Source: a bacterium
GTDB taxonomy: Bacteria; RBG-13-61-14; DATKZS01
DNA: 64,000 bases
NCBI GenBank assembly: GCA_963674965.2
Contig: CAXXFL010000005.1
Location: forward strand, 672,001-736,000
Reading direction: 5' to 3'
The translations under genes were made by a program, and so were the position numbers. Positions 46,136 through 56,248 of the stretch are shown one piece after another; the first letter of the stretch is position 1, and every line of letters begins with the position of its first letter. The notes beneath the pieces are model-generated. The model saw only the letters and a list, made by a program, of their open reading frames with translations. It was not told where the DNA came from and ran no database searches.

Positions 46136-48454
46136 GTGTTCGATCTTCTCAAGGGCCTGGGCGTGGACGTGAGCGGCTTCGACCGCTGGGGCCTGGCTTT
46201 TCCCGGCCTCGAGGGCGCGTGGCCCTGGATCATGCTGGCGGCGGCCCTGGCCGCGGGCGTCGCCTGGACCTGGTCCTCCGTCAAGGAGGTAACGGGCGCG
46301 AGCAGGATCGGCCTGGCAATCCTTCAGACCCTTATACTGGTCTTGTTGCTCGGGATTTTCGCCCGGCCCGTTATTCGGCTTGGCAAGGCCTCCAAAATCA
46401 AGGACCGGGTGGTCGTTTTGCTGGACGAGTCCGAAAGCATGGGCCTTCCCTCCGGCGACCCGGAACTGACCCGGCTCGAGGCGGCTCGAAAATTCATCGA
46501 CAAGAACGAGGGCTTTTTTGACGACCTCGAAAAGAAGTACGCCGTCTCCTATTTCGGCTTCGACCTGGCCGTGAGAGAGCGCGGCCGCGACCAGTGGCCC
46601 GACTCCCCGGAGGGAAGCGGCACCGACCTTTTATCGGCCCTTTCCCGCTCGGGCGGCGGGGCCTCTCCCCTGGCCGGGGTGGTCATCGTCTCGGACGGAG
46701 CGGACACCGAGCGGATCGGGCGGGCGGCCAGGGACAAGGTGAAAGCGGGCGTGAAAAGGGCGCTCGAGGGTTTTCCCGCGCCGGTCAACTCGGTGTCCCT
46801 CGGCGGGGCCTCGGACCAGGCGGACCTGTCCATCGTCAAGGCGGCCCGCGACGACTACGGTTTCGTCCACAACCCCTTCCAGGTGGTGGTGCGGGTCCGG
46901 TCCGAGGGAGGAGCGGCCGACCGGGTCCCGGTCATCTTCAAGCAGGGGGCCAAGACCTTGGCGAGCAAGACCGTGGTCATTCCCCCCGGCGAGACCGAGG
47001 CCGAGGCCGAGCTTTCCTTTACTCCCCGGCAGGTGGGGGAGTTCATGTTTTCGGTCGAGGTCCCGGCCGTAAAGGGCGAGCTGACGGAGCGCAACAACGT
47101 GGTCCGGTTTCCCCTCAAGGTCCTGCGCGACAAGGTTCGGGTCCTCTTCATCGTGGGCAACCCCTCTTGGGACGAGCGCTTCCTGCGGCGGGCGCTCAAG
47201 AAGAACCCGTCGGTGGACCTGGTCAGCTTTTACATTCTGCGCGAGCACTGGGACGACTACGAGGCGCGTCAACAAGAGGTTTCCCTTATCGCCTTTCCCA
47301 CGGACGAGCTGTTCACGGAGGAGCTCAACTCCTTCGACCTGGTGATATGGCAGAATTTTCGCGGCCCCTTTTACATGTACGGCAAGTACGAGGAGTACAT
47401 GTCCAACCTGTACTCCTTCGTGAGGGAGAGGGGAGGGGCCCTTCTCATGATCGGGGGGCAAAGGGGATACTTCGGCGACGGCCGGCTGGACCCGAAGCTC
47501 CTGGACCTCCTTCCCGTGGTCCCGGTCAACGATGTCCCCAACTACGAGGAGGGCGAGTTCAAGGCCCGTCTGACCGAGGCGGGCAAGCGGCACCCGATCA
47601 TGGAGGTTGGGGAGGGGGGAGACGATCCCTCGGCCGCCTGGGCCGCCATGCCCGAGTTGGAGGGCTACAACCGGGTGGCGGGACCGGCCCCCGACTCGGT
47701 GGTCCTTCTCGAGCACCCCTTCGAGAAGGAGGGGGAAAATCCCTTGCCCATCCTGGCGGTCCGTGAGGTCGGGGAAGGGCGGGTGATGGCGGTCATGACC
47801 GACGAGTCGTGGGCCTGGAACTTCGCCGCCGTTGGCGAGGGTCTTTCCAACAAGCCCTATCAGCGCTTCTGGGAGAACTCGATCCGGTGGCTCCTGCGCG
47901 ACCCGGAGCTGAGGAGAGTGACCCTTGGATCGGACAAGGGCCAGGTGGCGCCGGGCGAACCCGTGACACTGGTCCTCGAGGTGTTGGACGACGGCTACCA
48001 GCCTACGGACGGGGCCACGCCGAAAATCGAGGTGATCGAAAGCCCCGCGGAGGACGCCGAACAAAAGCCCGAGCTGGAGAAGATCGGCGTGGGCAAGTAC
48101 AGGGTCACGATCGCGCCGGCGGCCCAGGGAGGATACAGGCTCCGGGCCTCGGCGACCCTGAACGGAAGGTCCCTTGGCTATGACGACGCCCTCATCGAGT
48201 CCTCACGCGACAACCGGGAATGGATAGACGTCTCGCCCCGGCCCGACGTCCTCGCGGCCATCGCGGCGGCCGCGGGTGGAGGGTCCATATCCTTCAGGGA
48301 CGGGACCGGCGCTCTCGAGTTCAAGGACACGGGCGAGGAGATAATCACGGGAACGATGGACCTTCCCCTTTGGGACAACTGGCCCACCTTTGGCCTTAGC
48401 TTTTCTCTTATGGTCGCGTGTTGGTATCTTCGCAGGAAGTGGGGACTGAGATAA
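46136..48454 (+). CDS. vWA + class-I glutamine amidotransferase-like membrane protein
   Basis: DESESM MIDAS, GTDL, SDGAD; GGALLMIGG; GEGRVMAV..DESW.W; terminal W.LRRKWGL. Confidence 0.83.
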   Translation: MFDLLKGLGVDVSGFDRWGLAFPGLEGAWPWIMLAAALAAGVAWTWSSVKEVTGASRIGLAILQTLILVLLLGIFARPVIRLGKASKIKDRVVVLLDESESMGLPSGDPELTRLEAARKFIDKNEGFFDDLEKKYAVSYFGFDLAVRERGRDQWPDSPEGSGTDLLSALSRSGGGASPLAGVVIVSDGADTERIGRAARDKVKAGVKRALEGFPAPVNSVSLGGASDQADLSIVKAARDDYGFVHNPFQVVVRVRSEGGAADRVPVIFKQGAKTLASKTVVIPPGETEAEAELSFTPRQVGEFMFSVEVPAVKGELTERNNVVRFPLKVLRDKVRVLFIVGNPSWDERFLRRALKKNPSVDLVSFYILREHWDDYEARQQEVSLIAFPTDELFTEELNSFDLVIWQNFRGPFYMYGKYEEYMSNLYSFVRERGGALLMIGGQRGYFGDGRLDPKLLDLLPVVPVNDVPNYEEGEFKARLTEAGKRHPIMEVGEGGDDPSAAWAAMPELEGYNRVAGPAPDSVVLLEHPFEKEGENPLPILAVREVGEGRVMAVMTDESWAWNFAAVGEGLSNKPYQRFWENSIRWLLRDPELRRVTLGSDKGQVAPGEPVTLVLEVLDDGYQPTDGATPKIEVIESPAEDAEQKPELEKIGVGKYRVTIAPAAQGGYRLRASATLNGRSLGYDDALIESSRDNREWIDVSPRPDVLAAIAAAAGGGSISFRDGTGALEFKDTGEEIITGTMDLPLWDNWPTFGLSFSLMVACWYLRRKWGLR

Positions 48455-48474
48455 GCCCCGGGCCGTTTGGGCCG

Positions 48475-49329
48475 TCAGTCCCGTCCCCTGGCCAGGGCCT
48501 TGTATTTTTCGATGATCTTGGAAGTGACGGGTCCGATCCTTCCCGATCCCACGGGGTTCCCGTCAACCGACTGGATGGGCGCTATCTCGACGACGGAGTT
48601 GGTCATAAATGCCTCCTCCGCTCCCGCCAGCATGATGGGCGAGAAGAAGTCCCGCCTGATTTTCAGGCCCATGCCCAGGGCCAGCTCGAGGACCACCTTG
48701 CGCGTGACCCCGCAAAGGATGGGGGCCGCGTCGGGCGGAGTAAACAACTGCCCGTACTGAACAACGAAGATATTGCCCGTCGTCATGGCGGCCACGTTGC
48801 CTTTTTCATCCAGCAACATGGCCTCGTCGGCGCCCTTTTGCTCGGCCTCCTGCCTGGCGATCATGTGCGGAAGCCGGTTTAAGGTCTTGTGTTTGAAGAT
48901 GGGGTTGTTGTCGGAGGACCTGATGGAAGTGGACGCGGCGCGGATGGTTTTGACCTCGCCCTCCAAAAAGGACGCGGGAAGGGGCTCGGCCGTTACCAGC
49001 GCCGTGGGCCGCCCGGCCTTGGGAATGCCCATCGAGCCGCCGTGCATTCCCCTGCTGACGGTGATCCTGATCCTGGCGTCGGGACATCCGTTCTTTTCCA
49101 TGAGCGCCTGGGCCGCCTTACCCAGGTCCTCCTCGTCGTCCTGGGCAAGGTTGAGCTCGGCCCTGGACCTGGCCAGACGTTGCAGGTGGTCCTCGAGCCG
49201 GAAGATTTCGCCGCCGTAGGAGCGCATGGTCTCGAACAGGCCGTCGCCAAGGAGGAAGCCGCGGTCAAAGACGCTTACCCTGGCCTCGTCGGCGTTGATG
49301 GTTTTCCCGTTCAGGTACACGAGGGACAA
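48475..49329 (-). CDS. Class IV aminotransferase (IlvE/PabC/Dat family)
   Basis: DRGFLLGDGLFETMR, HL.RL, HKT, IL.GVTR, EEAFMTNS. Confidence 0.92.
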   Translation of the reverse strand: MSLVYLNGKTINADEARVSVFDRGFLLGDGLFETMRSYGGEIFRLEDHLQRLARSRAELNLAQDDEEDLGKAAQALMEKNGCPDARIRITVSRGMHGGSMGIPKAGRPTALVTAEPLPASFLEGEVKTIRAASTSIRSSDNNPIFKHKTLNRLPHMIARQEAEQKGADEAMLLDEKGNVAAMTTGNIFVVQYGQLFTPPDAAPILCGVTRKVVLELALGMGLKIRRDFFSPIMLAGAEEAFMTNSVVEIAPIQSVDGNPVGSGRIGPVTSKIIEKYKALARGRD

Positions 49330-49339
49330 AGCGCTTTAC

Positions 49340-50437
49340 CTATCCGTCCGAGCTGGATTTGTTTTGGCGCGATTCCAGGGCCATGGCTTTCACGTTCTCG
49401 ACGATCCAGCTTACAACCTTGTCCCGCCCGATTTCACCGGCCCTCTTGCCCCGAAGATAAAGCTGTATGCCCTTGGGCGTTCCCACCGCCCCGACGTCGG
49501 CGTGCCGGGCCTCGCCGGGACCGTTGACGCCGCATCCCATCACGGCCACCCGCAGTCTTTCCGGCACCTGGGCCAGCTTCTTCTCGACGGCGGAGGCGGT
49601 CTTAAAGACGTCCATCCCGGCGCGGGCGCAGGTGGGACAGGCGATGACCTCGACGCCCCTTTCCCGGACTCCCACCGAGGCGAGGATGCCGTAGGCGGCC
49701 CTTATCTCCTCGGCCGGGTCCGCCGCCAGGGACACGCGGATGGTGTCTCCGATGCCCTCGGCCAGGAGCATGCCGATGCCGGCGGCCGACTTGATCAAGC
49801 CGGAAAAGGCCGTGCCCGCCTCGGTCACGCCCAAATGGAGCGGGTAATCCCGGACCCCGCTCATGCGCCGGTAGGACTCGACCGTGGTCATAACGTCCGA
49901 GGCCTTGAGGGATATCTTGATCGCCTCGAACCCCAACTCCTCGAGAAGCTCGACGTGGCTCATGGCGCTCTCGACCATGGCCGCGGGAACGTCACCGCCG
50001 TGCTTTTCCCTTACGTCCCTGGCGATGGAGCCGGCGTTCACGCCCACCCGGATGGGAATGGAGGCGGACGAGGCCGCTCGCACGACCTCCTTGAGGGCCT
50101 TTTTGTTCCGGATGTTGCCCGGGTTAAGTCTCAGGCCGTGGACCCCGGAGTCGATCGAGGCCAGGGCCAGGTTCGGGTCGAAATGTATGTCGGCCACCAC
50201 CGGCAGGGGGGACTTCGAGACGATGGCCGCCAGGGACTTCGCGCTCTCCAGGTCGGGAACGGCCACCCGGATGATCTCGCATCCGGCGCGGGCCAGTTTT
50301 TTTATTTGCCGCAGGGTTTTTTCCGCGTCGCTGGTGGGGGCGGTGGTCATGGACTGGACAACCACTGGCGCGTCTCCGCCGACAAGAACGCCGCCGATGT
50401 TCACCGTTTTAGTCGGACGTCTTTGTGGCCTCGCCAT
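49340..50437 (-). CDS. ispG: (E)-4-hydroxy-3-methylbut-2-enyl-diphosphate synthase
   Basis: VQSMT, ADIHF, RLNPGN, HLGVTEAG, GIGDTIRVSL, CPTCAR, MGCGVNGPGE. Confidence 0.98.
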   Translation of the reverse strand: MARPQRRPTKTVNIGGVLVGGDAPVVVQSMTTAPTSDAEKTLRQIKKLARAGCEIIRVAVPDLESAKSLAAIVSKSPLPVVADIHFDPNLALASIDSGVHGLRLNPGNIRNKKALKEVVRAASSASIPIRVGVNAGSIARDVREKHGGDVPAAMVESAMSHVELLEELGFEAIKISLKASDVMTTVESYRRMSGVRDYPLHLGVTEAGTAFSGLIKSAAGIGMLLAEGIGDTIRVSLAADPAEEIRAAYGILASVGVRERGVEVIACPTCARAGMDVFKTASAVEKKLAQVPERLRVAVMGCGVNGPGEARHADVGAVGTPKGIQLYLRGKRAGEIGRDKVVSWIVENVKAMALESRQNKSSSDG

Positions 50438-50503
50438 ATTTTCTCCGTAAAAGGGACGATCAAAAGCGGATAAGTAAAGCCCCGCTCCTGGCCGCGGAAA
50501 AGA

Positions 50504-50806
50504 TTATTTTTCGTCTTCCGGGTGAAGAGATATTTCGTCGGGATGCTTTTGGGCCCCGGGGATGACGTCGAATTGATGTCCGCAATGCTGACAAACGGAC
50601 CTTCTTCTATCGATGATGTTCTTGCAGTCCGGGCACCTGCGGCCGCTTCTTTTTTTGCGTTTTTCGTTCTCTTTCCTGCGGTGATAGGTCCTTTCGGACT
50701 CGTACTTCTTTTTTTTCGCGAGGATGGCTCCCCTCGCGTACCAGGCAACGGCCATGAGGTAAGCGATCACCATCACGATGAGGGCTATATCCGTCCAACT
50801 AAACAC
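50504..50806 (-). CDS. Small membrane-anchored zinc-ribbon protein
   Basis: N-terminal TM, basic linker, CPDC...CQHC; GGGGAGG RBS. Confidence 0.7.
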   Translation of the reverse strand: MFSWTDIALIVMVIAYLMAVAWYARGAILAKKKKYESERTYHRRKENEKRKKRSGRRCPDCKNIIDRRRSVCQHCGHQFDVIPGAQKHPDEISLHPEDEK

Positions 50807-50957
50807 GCTATAATGCCTCCCCCGTAAAAGTAAAGCGCGTCCCGAAGGCCACGCTTTGACCTTGAAGCCAATCCCGACTCATATGCCGTTAAAAAGGCGG
50901 AAAAATTTACGCCGCTAGATATGGTCTTTCGATTCGGTTAAATTATTATATAGCGTT

Positions 50958-52838
50958 ATGGCCAATAAAATCAAACTTCTTTCCGAGCGCGTGGCCAACC
51001 AGATCGCCGCCGGAGAGGTCGTGGACCGTCCGGCCTCGGTGGTCAAGGAGCTTATCGAGAACTCCCTGGACGCCGAGGCGGGCCGCATCGAGGTCGAGAT
51101 CGGGCGGGGCGGCAAGCGCTCGATCCGGGTTATCGACGACGGCCAGGGCATGAGCCGCGACGACGCCCTGCTTTGCCTCGAGCGCCACGCCACCAGCAAG
51201 GTCCGTAGCGGCGATGACCTTTTCCGCGTCTCGACCCTTGGTTTCCGGGGGGAGGCCATACCCAGCATCGCCTCGGTATCGAGAATGACCCTGGTGACTC
51301 GCGAAAGGGAAGCCGACTCGGGGATATCGGTCCGGGTCGAGGGAGGGACGGTAAAGTCGGTTTCCGAAACGGGGGCGCCCGCCGGCACGGAGATGCTGGT
51401 CGAGTCGCTTTTTTTCAACGTGCCGGCCAGGCGGAAATTTCTCAAGTCCATCGAGACCGAGTTCGGGCATATCGCCACTTTGGTCTCGAACGTGGCCCTG
51501 GCCCGTCCCGAGGTCCACCTTACTCTTTCCCACGACGGAAAGACCGTATTCGACATGCCCGCCTCCAACTCTCACTACGGAAGGCTGCGGCACGCCCTGG
51601 GGGCGGACGCCTTGAGACAACTGGTGGAGGTGGACGAGGCTTTCGGGGACGGGCCGCGCGTTCACGGCCACGTTTCGCTCCCGTCCTATACCAGGAGCTC
51701 GACCAGGAGCCTGCACCTTTTCGTTAACGGCAGGTTCGTGCGCGACCGCCTGATCAACCACGCGGTCTTCGAGGCTTATCGCTCGCTAATACCGAAGGGC
51801 CGTTATCCTTTGGTGGTTTTGTTTATCGACCTTCCCCCCGAGGCGGTCGACGTCAACGTTCATCCGGCCAAGCACGAGATAAGGTTCAGGGACCAGGCCG
51901 GGGTCCACGGCGCCGTGGTCGAGGCCATATCCTCGGCCATAAGGTCGGCGGACAGGGCCCTGGCCGGCGCGCCCGTTTTCAGGCCGGCGGTGGGTAGTGG
52001 TCCCGGCGGTCACCCAGGCCGCGGCCCTTGGCCCGCGGTCCATGGTTCTTCCTGCCCGCCTCGGGAGACGGGAGGGGACCACGCCGCGGATGGAGTAATG
52101 GACGCGCTAAGAAGGTTTGGCGAGAGGATGGAAAGAGGCGAGGTCCAGGCCGGTCCCGGGCTTTTCCGGCGCGAGGTATCGGGGACCGGGCGCCCCACCG
52201 AGGAGGACAATCCCCCCGATGTGGGGGAGGATACCTCCCCGATGGCGACCGCCGGGTTTTCTTTTTCCGACGCCCGCGTGATCGGCCAGGCCGCGGGGAG
52301 CTTCATCATCGTCGAGTCGGAGGACTCGCTGATTATTATCGACCAGCACGCGGCCCATGAACGGATCATGTTCGAGCGCCTGTGGCGCCAGTATAAGGAG
52401 GAGTCGATCGCGCGCCAGGCTTTATTGTTTCCCATAACGGTCGAGCTCAGCCGTGAGGAGGCCGGCCGTATCGAGGATAAACGCGACGCGCTTCTCGAGC
52501 TCGGCTTCGAGGTCGAGCCTTTTGGCGGCGGCACTCTGGCGGTCAAGGCCATACCGGCGGTGCTGGCGGGTTCGGATCCCGAGAAGCTGCTCCTCGAGGT
52601 CGTGGACAAGATGGGAAAATCCCGGGGGGCCGAGGGACTCACGGACCGCCTGGACGAGGTCTTTTCCCTTATGGCCTGCCATAGCGTGGTCCGCGCCAAC
52701 GAGTCTCTTTCCATGGAGGAGATAAAGCGCCTGCTGGCGGCCATGGACGAGGCGGACTTTCCCCGCCACTGCCCACACGGGAGGGACGCCGTGGTCAAGA
52801 TAGGCTTCAAGGAGCTGGCCAGGTGGTTTCAAAGATGA
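50958..52838 (+). CDS. mutL: DNA mismatch repair endonuclease MutL
   Basis: NQIAAGEVV.RPASVVKELIENSLDA, GFRGEA, DQHAAHER, ACH, CPHGR. Confidence 0.98.
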   Translation: MANKIKLLSERVANQIAAGEVVDRPASVVKELIENSLDAEAGRIEVEIGRGGKRSIRVIDDGQGMSRDDALLCLERHATSKVRSGDDLFRVSTLGFRGEAIPSIASVSRMTLVTREREADSGISVRVEGGTVKSVSETGAPAGTEMLVESLFFNVPARRKFLKSIETEFGHIATLVSNVALARPEVHLTLSHDGKTVFDMPASNSHYGRLRHALGADALRQLVEVDEAFGDGPRVHGHVSLPSYTRSSTRSLHLFVNGRFVRDRLINHAVFEAYRSLIPKGRYPLVVLFIDLPPEAVDVNVHPAKHEIRFRDQAGVHGAVVEAISSAIRSADRALAGAPVFRPAVGSGPGGHPGRGPWPAVHGSSCPPRETGGDHAADGVMDALRRFGERMERGEVQAGPGLFRREVSGTGRPTEEDNPPDVGEDTSPMATAGFSFSDARVIGQAAGSFIIVESEDSLIIIDQHAAHERIMFERLWRQYKEESIARQALLFPITVELSREEAGRIEDKRDALLELGFEVEPFGGGTLAVKAIPAVLAGSDPEKLLLEVVDKMGKSRGAEGLTDRLDEVFSLMACHSVVRANESLSMEEIKRLLAAMDEADFPRHCPHGRDAVVKIGFKELARWFQR

Positions 52839-53779
52839 ACCCCCCAAGGCCCAGGATTTTCATCATCACCGGGCCCACGGCCGCGGGCAAGACCAGGGCC
52901 TCCCTGGCCGCGGCCCACGCCCTCGAGAAGGCGGGGCTAAAACCCGTGATAATAAGCGCCGACTCGGTCCAGGTCTACCGCTACATGGACGTGGGCTCGG
53001 ACAAGCTCGGACCGGACAAAAGGGAGGGGGTCGAGCACCACATGATAGACGTGGTCGACCCGGACCAGACCTTCAGCGCGGCCGACTTCGCCAAAATGGC
53101 GGACGAGATTATCACCCACGCTTCCCGCGAGAACGGCGCGGTGTTGGTGGCCGGCGGCACGGGGTTTTACCTTCGCGTTCTCCTGCACGGACTTTTCTCC
53201 GGCCCGTCCCGCGACCAGGCGCTGAGGGAGAGGCTCATCGAGGAGGCCCGGGAGAAGGGCCTATCGGCGCTGCACGACCGGCTCAAGTCGCTGGACCCGG
53301 AGAGCGCCAGGCGCGTTCATCCCAACGACGGCTCGAGGATCGTGCGGGCCCTCGAGGTTTTCGAGCTGACGGGCCGGGCCATGACCGATCATTTCGAGGC
53401 CCAAAAAAAGGAAGGTCCCCGCTACCGCGCCCTGGCCGTGGGCCTGGAGATGGACCGGGACCTGGTTTACGAGAAGATCAACGAGAGGGTGGACTGTATG
53501 CTGGGGGCCGGGCTGATCGAGGAAGTAAGACGGCTTCGCGAGATGGGCTACGGCCCCGCTCTTCCCAGCCAGAAGGCCCTGGGATACCGGCAGGCCCACA
53601 TGCTCCTTGACGGCCTGATCGGCGAGGAGGAGGCGGCTTACCTGATTAAGAGAGATACCCGCCATTACGCGCGGCGCCAGCTTACCTGGCTGAGGAAGGA
53701 GAATCTCGAGTGGACGCCGGTCGATGAGGTGGAAAAGATAGCGGCCCGGGCCGTCGAGTTCCTGGCGGCGCCTGATTAA
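52835..53779 (+). CDS. miaA: tRNA dimethylallyltransferase
   Basis: GPTAAGKT, SADSVQVYR, GGTGFY, TRHYARRQLTW; ATGA overlap with mutL. Confidence 0.97.
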   Translation: MNPPRPRIFIITGPTAAGKTRASLAAAHALEKAGLKPVIISADSVQVYRYMDVGSDKLGPDKREGVEHHMIDVVDPDQTFSAADFAKMADEIITHASRENGAVLVAGGTGFYLRVLLHGLFSGPSRDQALRERLIEEAREKGLSALHDRLKSLDPESARRVHPNDGSRIVRALEVFELTGRAMTDHFEAQKKEGPRYRALAVGLEMDRDLVYEKINERVDCMLGAGLIEEVRRLREMGYGPALPSQKALGYRQAHMLLDGLIGEEEAAYLIKRDTRHYARRQLTWLRKENLEWTPVDEVEKIAARAVEFLAAPD

Positions 53780-53805
53780 AGACGCTACCATCCCCTTTAG
53801 GCGGA

Positions 53806-54252
53806 TTGATTTTGACCACCTACTGGAAACCAAGATGGCCCCATACCGTGCTCTTCGGGTCCTACGGGCCGCTCAATTACCGCATCGACGTGGGCCGGGC
53901 CGACGGGTCGTTCACGGTGCGGACCAGGTCGGGGCCGGGCTTTTATCTCTCGCTTGATCGGTCCCGCGATGGCCGGGGGCTCGAGATCCAGGGACCGCCT
54001 TCCGAGGAGGCCCAGGCCACGTGGCTTGGCCACGAGGAATCCAGGCAAAAGCTCGAGCGTCTTCTCAGTCTTCATTTTTCCCGAATTATCGTCACCCCGT
54101 CTTCGATCGAGTGCGTTTGCCGGCCCGCCGAACATGACGTCCTGCCCGAGGGGCCTCAACTGTCATATTGTCTCTCCCTTCTTCACGCCCTGTGGAAAAG
54201 GGTCCCGGAAAAAAGGAGAACGCGCATGGCCGATCAGGAGTATCTGGGCTAG
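53806..54252 (+). CDS. Hypothetical protein
   Basis: 148-aa ORF filling the gap after miaA; no recognisable motif; TTG start uncertain. Confidence 0.45.
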   Translation: MILTTYWKPRWPHTVLFGSYGPLNYRIDVGRADGSFTVRTRSGPGFYLSLDRSRDGRGLEIQGPPSEEAQATWLGHEESRQKLERLLSLHFSRIIVTPSSIECVCRPAEHDVLPEGPQLSYCLSLLHALWKRVPEKRRTRMADQEYLG

Positions 54253-54311
54253 GCTCCGTCCAATCATCCCTTTCGGATCGTCTCGGCGCGTGCTACCATG
54301 TCGGTCGGAGC

Positions 54312-55895
54312 ATGGAAAAGCACTCGAGATACTTTCGGCCCGAAAGCCCGGCCTGGGCCTTCCTCTTTGGAGCCGGCCCGCTGGTCATGGGGTTTTACGG
54401 CGGTCCTCTTTTTATCGACGACGCCTATATTACCTTTCGCTACGCCGAGAACCTGGCCCTGGGCAAGGGGTTCGTTTACAACGCCGACCCCATCCTGGGG
54501 GTTACCACGCCCCTTTACTGCCTGCTTCTGGCGGGGCTGAAATGGCTTGGCGTTCCCATCGAGAGCTCCGCCCTCGCTATCGGGGCCGTCTGTGCCGGGG
54601 CGGCTCCCGTTATAATATGGCTCATGGGCCGGGCCCTGTCTCGGCCCCTGGCCGGGTGGGTGGGCGCGCTTTTGCTTTGCCTTTTCCCCGCGTGGTGGCT
54701 TAACTCGAAGACGGGCATGGAGACCTGTCTGGGAGGCGCCCTGGCCGCGGCCGCGCTTTACGCGTACATAAAGGAGAGGCCGGCGGTCTGCGGCTTTTTA
54801 TGCGGGATCCTCGTGCTTACTCGCCCGGACGCCGCGACCCTGCCCGCGCTGATCTTCCTGGCCCTTTTGGTTCGGAGCCCGGGCAAGGCGGCCTGGTTCG
54901 GCTTTCTCGGCGTTATCTGCCTCGCGCCGTGGGTCGCCTATTCGGCGGCCATTTTCGGCTCCCCTCTTCCGCACTCGCTGGAGGCCAAGAGGCTGATTCA
55001 CTCGTATCCATGGCCCCAGGCCCTGTTTCATTACCTGGCCTGGTTCGGCTATATGAGGGACGCCTCGGAAAGCGCCGGGGCATTGGGACCGGGCCGGATG
55101 GCGCTCGGTCTTTCCATGGGCCTCATGTCTTTCCTTTATCTGGCGGGCCTGGCCCGGACCGTCTCGGAAAAAGGCAAGGCCGTTGTGGCCGCGGCCTGGC
55201 CCATCATCTTCATCGCCTCCTTGGCCCTCACCGGGGTGGGTCCGTTTTTCTGGTACAAGGTACCCGCCCTGCCCATGTACTTTTTCGCCTGCGGCTTCGG
55301 GGTCCTCTGGCTTCACGAGGCGGGAGGCGGGAAAAGGAGTCTCGCGCTTTTCGCCAAGGCCGCGGCCGTCTTCTTCGTCGCGGCGCAGCTTGTAAACGCC
55401 TATCCCATGGTCTCCAGCGCCGGCCGCCGCGCCGAGTTCATCGACAAGGAAAGGGCGCTGAGAGAGGCGGCCCAGGCCGTGGACGAGCGGGTGTCGGAAC
55501 TTGGCTTGTTTCCTGACTCGGTCAAGGTCTACGCCGGCGAGGTGGGCGTGGTCGGCTACGAGCTCGGCCGCTACTTCATGATCGACAGCGCGGGCATCAA
55601 CTCGCGGGAGGTGACCGAGATTCGGCTTCGCGACTGGGAGAGGGCCAGAGCCAATGACCCTAGCCTGGACTGGCGCGACAAGTGGCGGGGCACGCCCGAG
55701 TGGAGCCGGGAGGTGATCGGCAAATTCAAGCCCGACTATATCGTGTCGGACGTCAGGTACGTCCATTTAAAAACGCTGGCCGAGGACCCCGAGTTTCGAA
55801 AGACCTACCTTCTTCTCAAGTCGTGGGACTATAAGGACGGCAAGATCGTGGCGCTCGAGCGAAAACGCCAAGGGCCCGCGAAGGGCCCCGAGTGA
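54312..55895 (+). CDS. Polytopic GT-C-fold glycosyltransferase (AftB-like N-terminus)
   Basis: DDAYITFRYAENLALGKG.VYN, G.TTPLY, GMET, TRPD, K; many TM helices. Confidence 0.8.
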   Translation: MEKHSRYFRPESPAWAFLFGAGPLVMGFYGGPLFIDDAYITFRYAENLALGKGFVYNADPILGVTTPLYCLLLAGLKWLGVPIESSALAIGAVCAGAAPVIIWLMGRALSRPLAGWVGALLLCLFPAWWLNSKTGMETCLGGALAAAALYAYIKERPAVCGFLCGILVLTRPDAATLPALIFLALLVRSPGKAAWFGFLGVICLAPWVAYSAAIFGSPLPHSLEAKRLIHSYPWPQALFHYLAWFGYMRDASESAGALGPGRMALGLSMGLMSFLYLAGLARTVSEKGKAVVAAAWPIIFIASLALTGVGPFFWYKVPALPMYFFACGFGVLWLHEAGGGKRSLALFAKAAAVFFVAAQLVNAYPMVSSAGRRAEFIDKERALREAAQAVDERVSELGLFPDSVKVYAGEVGVVGYELGRYFMIDSAGINSREVTEIRLRDWERARANDPSLDWRDKWRGTPEWSREVIGKFKPDYIVSDVRYVHLKTLAEDPEFRKTYLLLKSWDYKDGKIVALERKRQGPAKGPE

Positions 55896-56248
55896 ACCCG
55901 TGGAAATCGAATCATACCGGCGATTTTTTCGTCTTATTCCGTATGGCCCATGAAGCGGGCGTCGATCATCATTATTCTTTGCCCGGAACCGGACGTTTGG
56001 TAAAGGTTTGGCCGCCGTCTCCCCCCGCTGGGGAAAAATGAGGGAAGTTCACTTTACAATGGCTTAGTACTGAGTAATAATTCTATTGAGGATTAAGGTA
56101 ATAGAAGACGTAAATATTTTTTGCATAGCGCAAGGCGCCATTGAGCACGCTCCTCATAAGGAAGTATTCCAGGCCCGTTCTTCAGGCGATCGTCTTGCGC
56201 GCGCCGGCATCGCGTGAGCGCGTAAATTTGATAAATATTTTTTCCAGA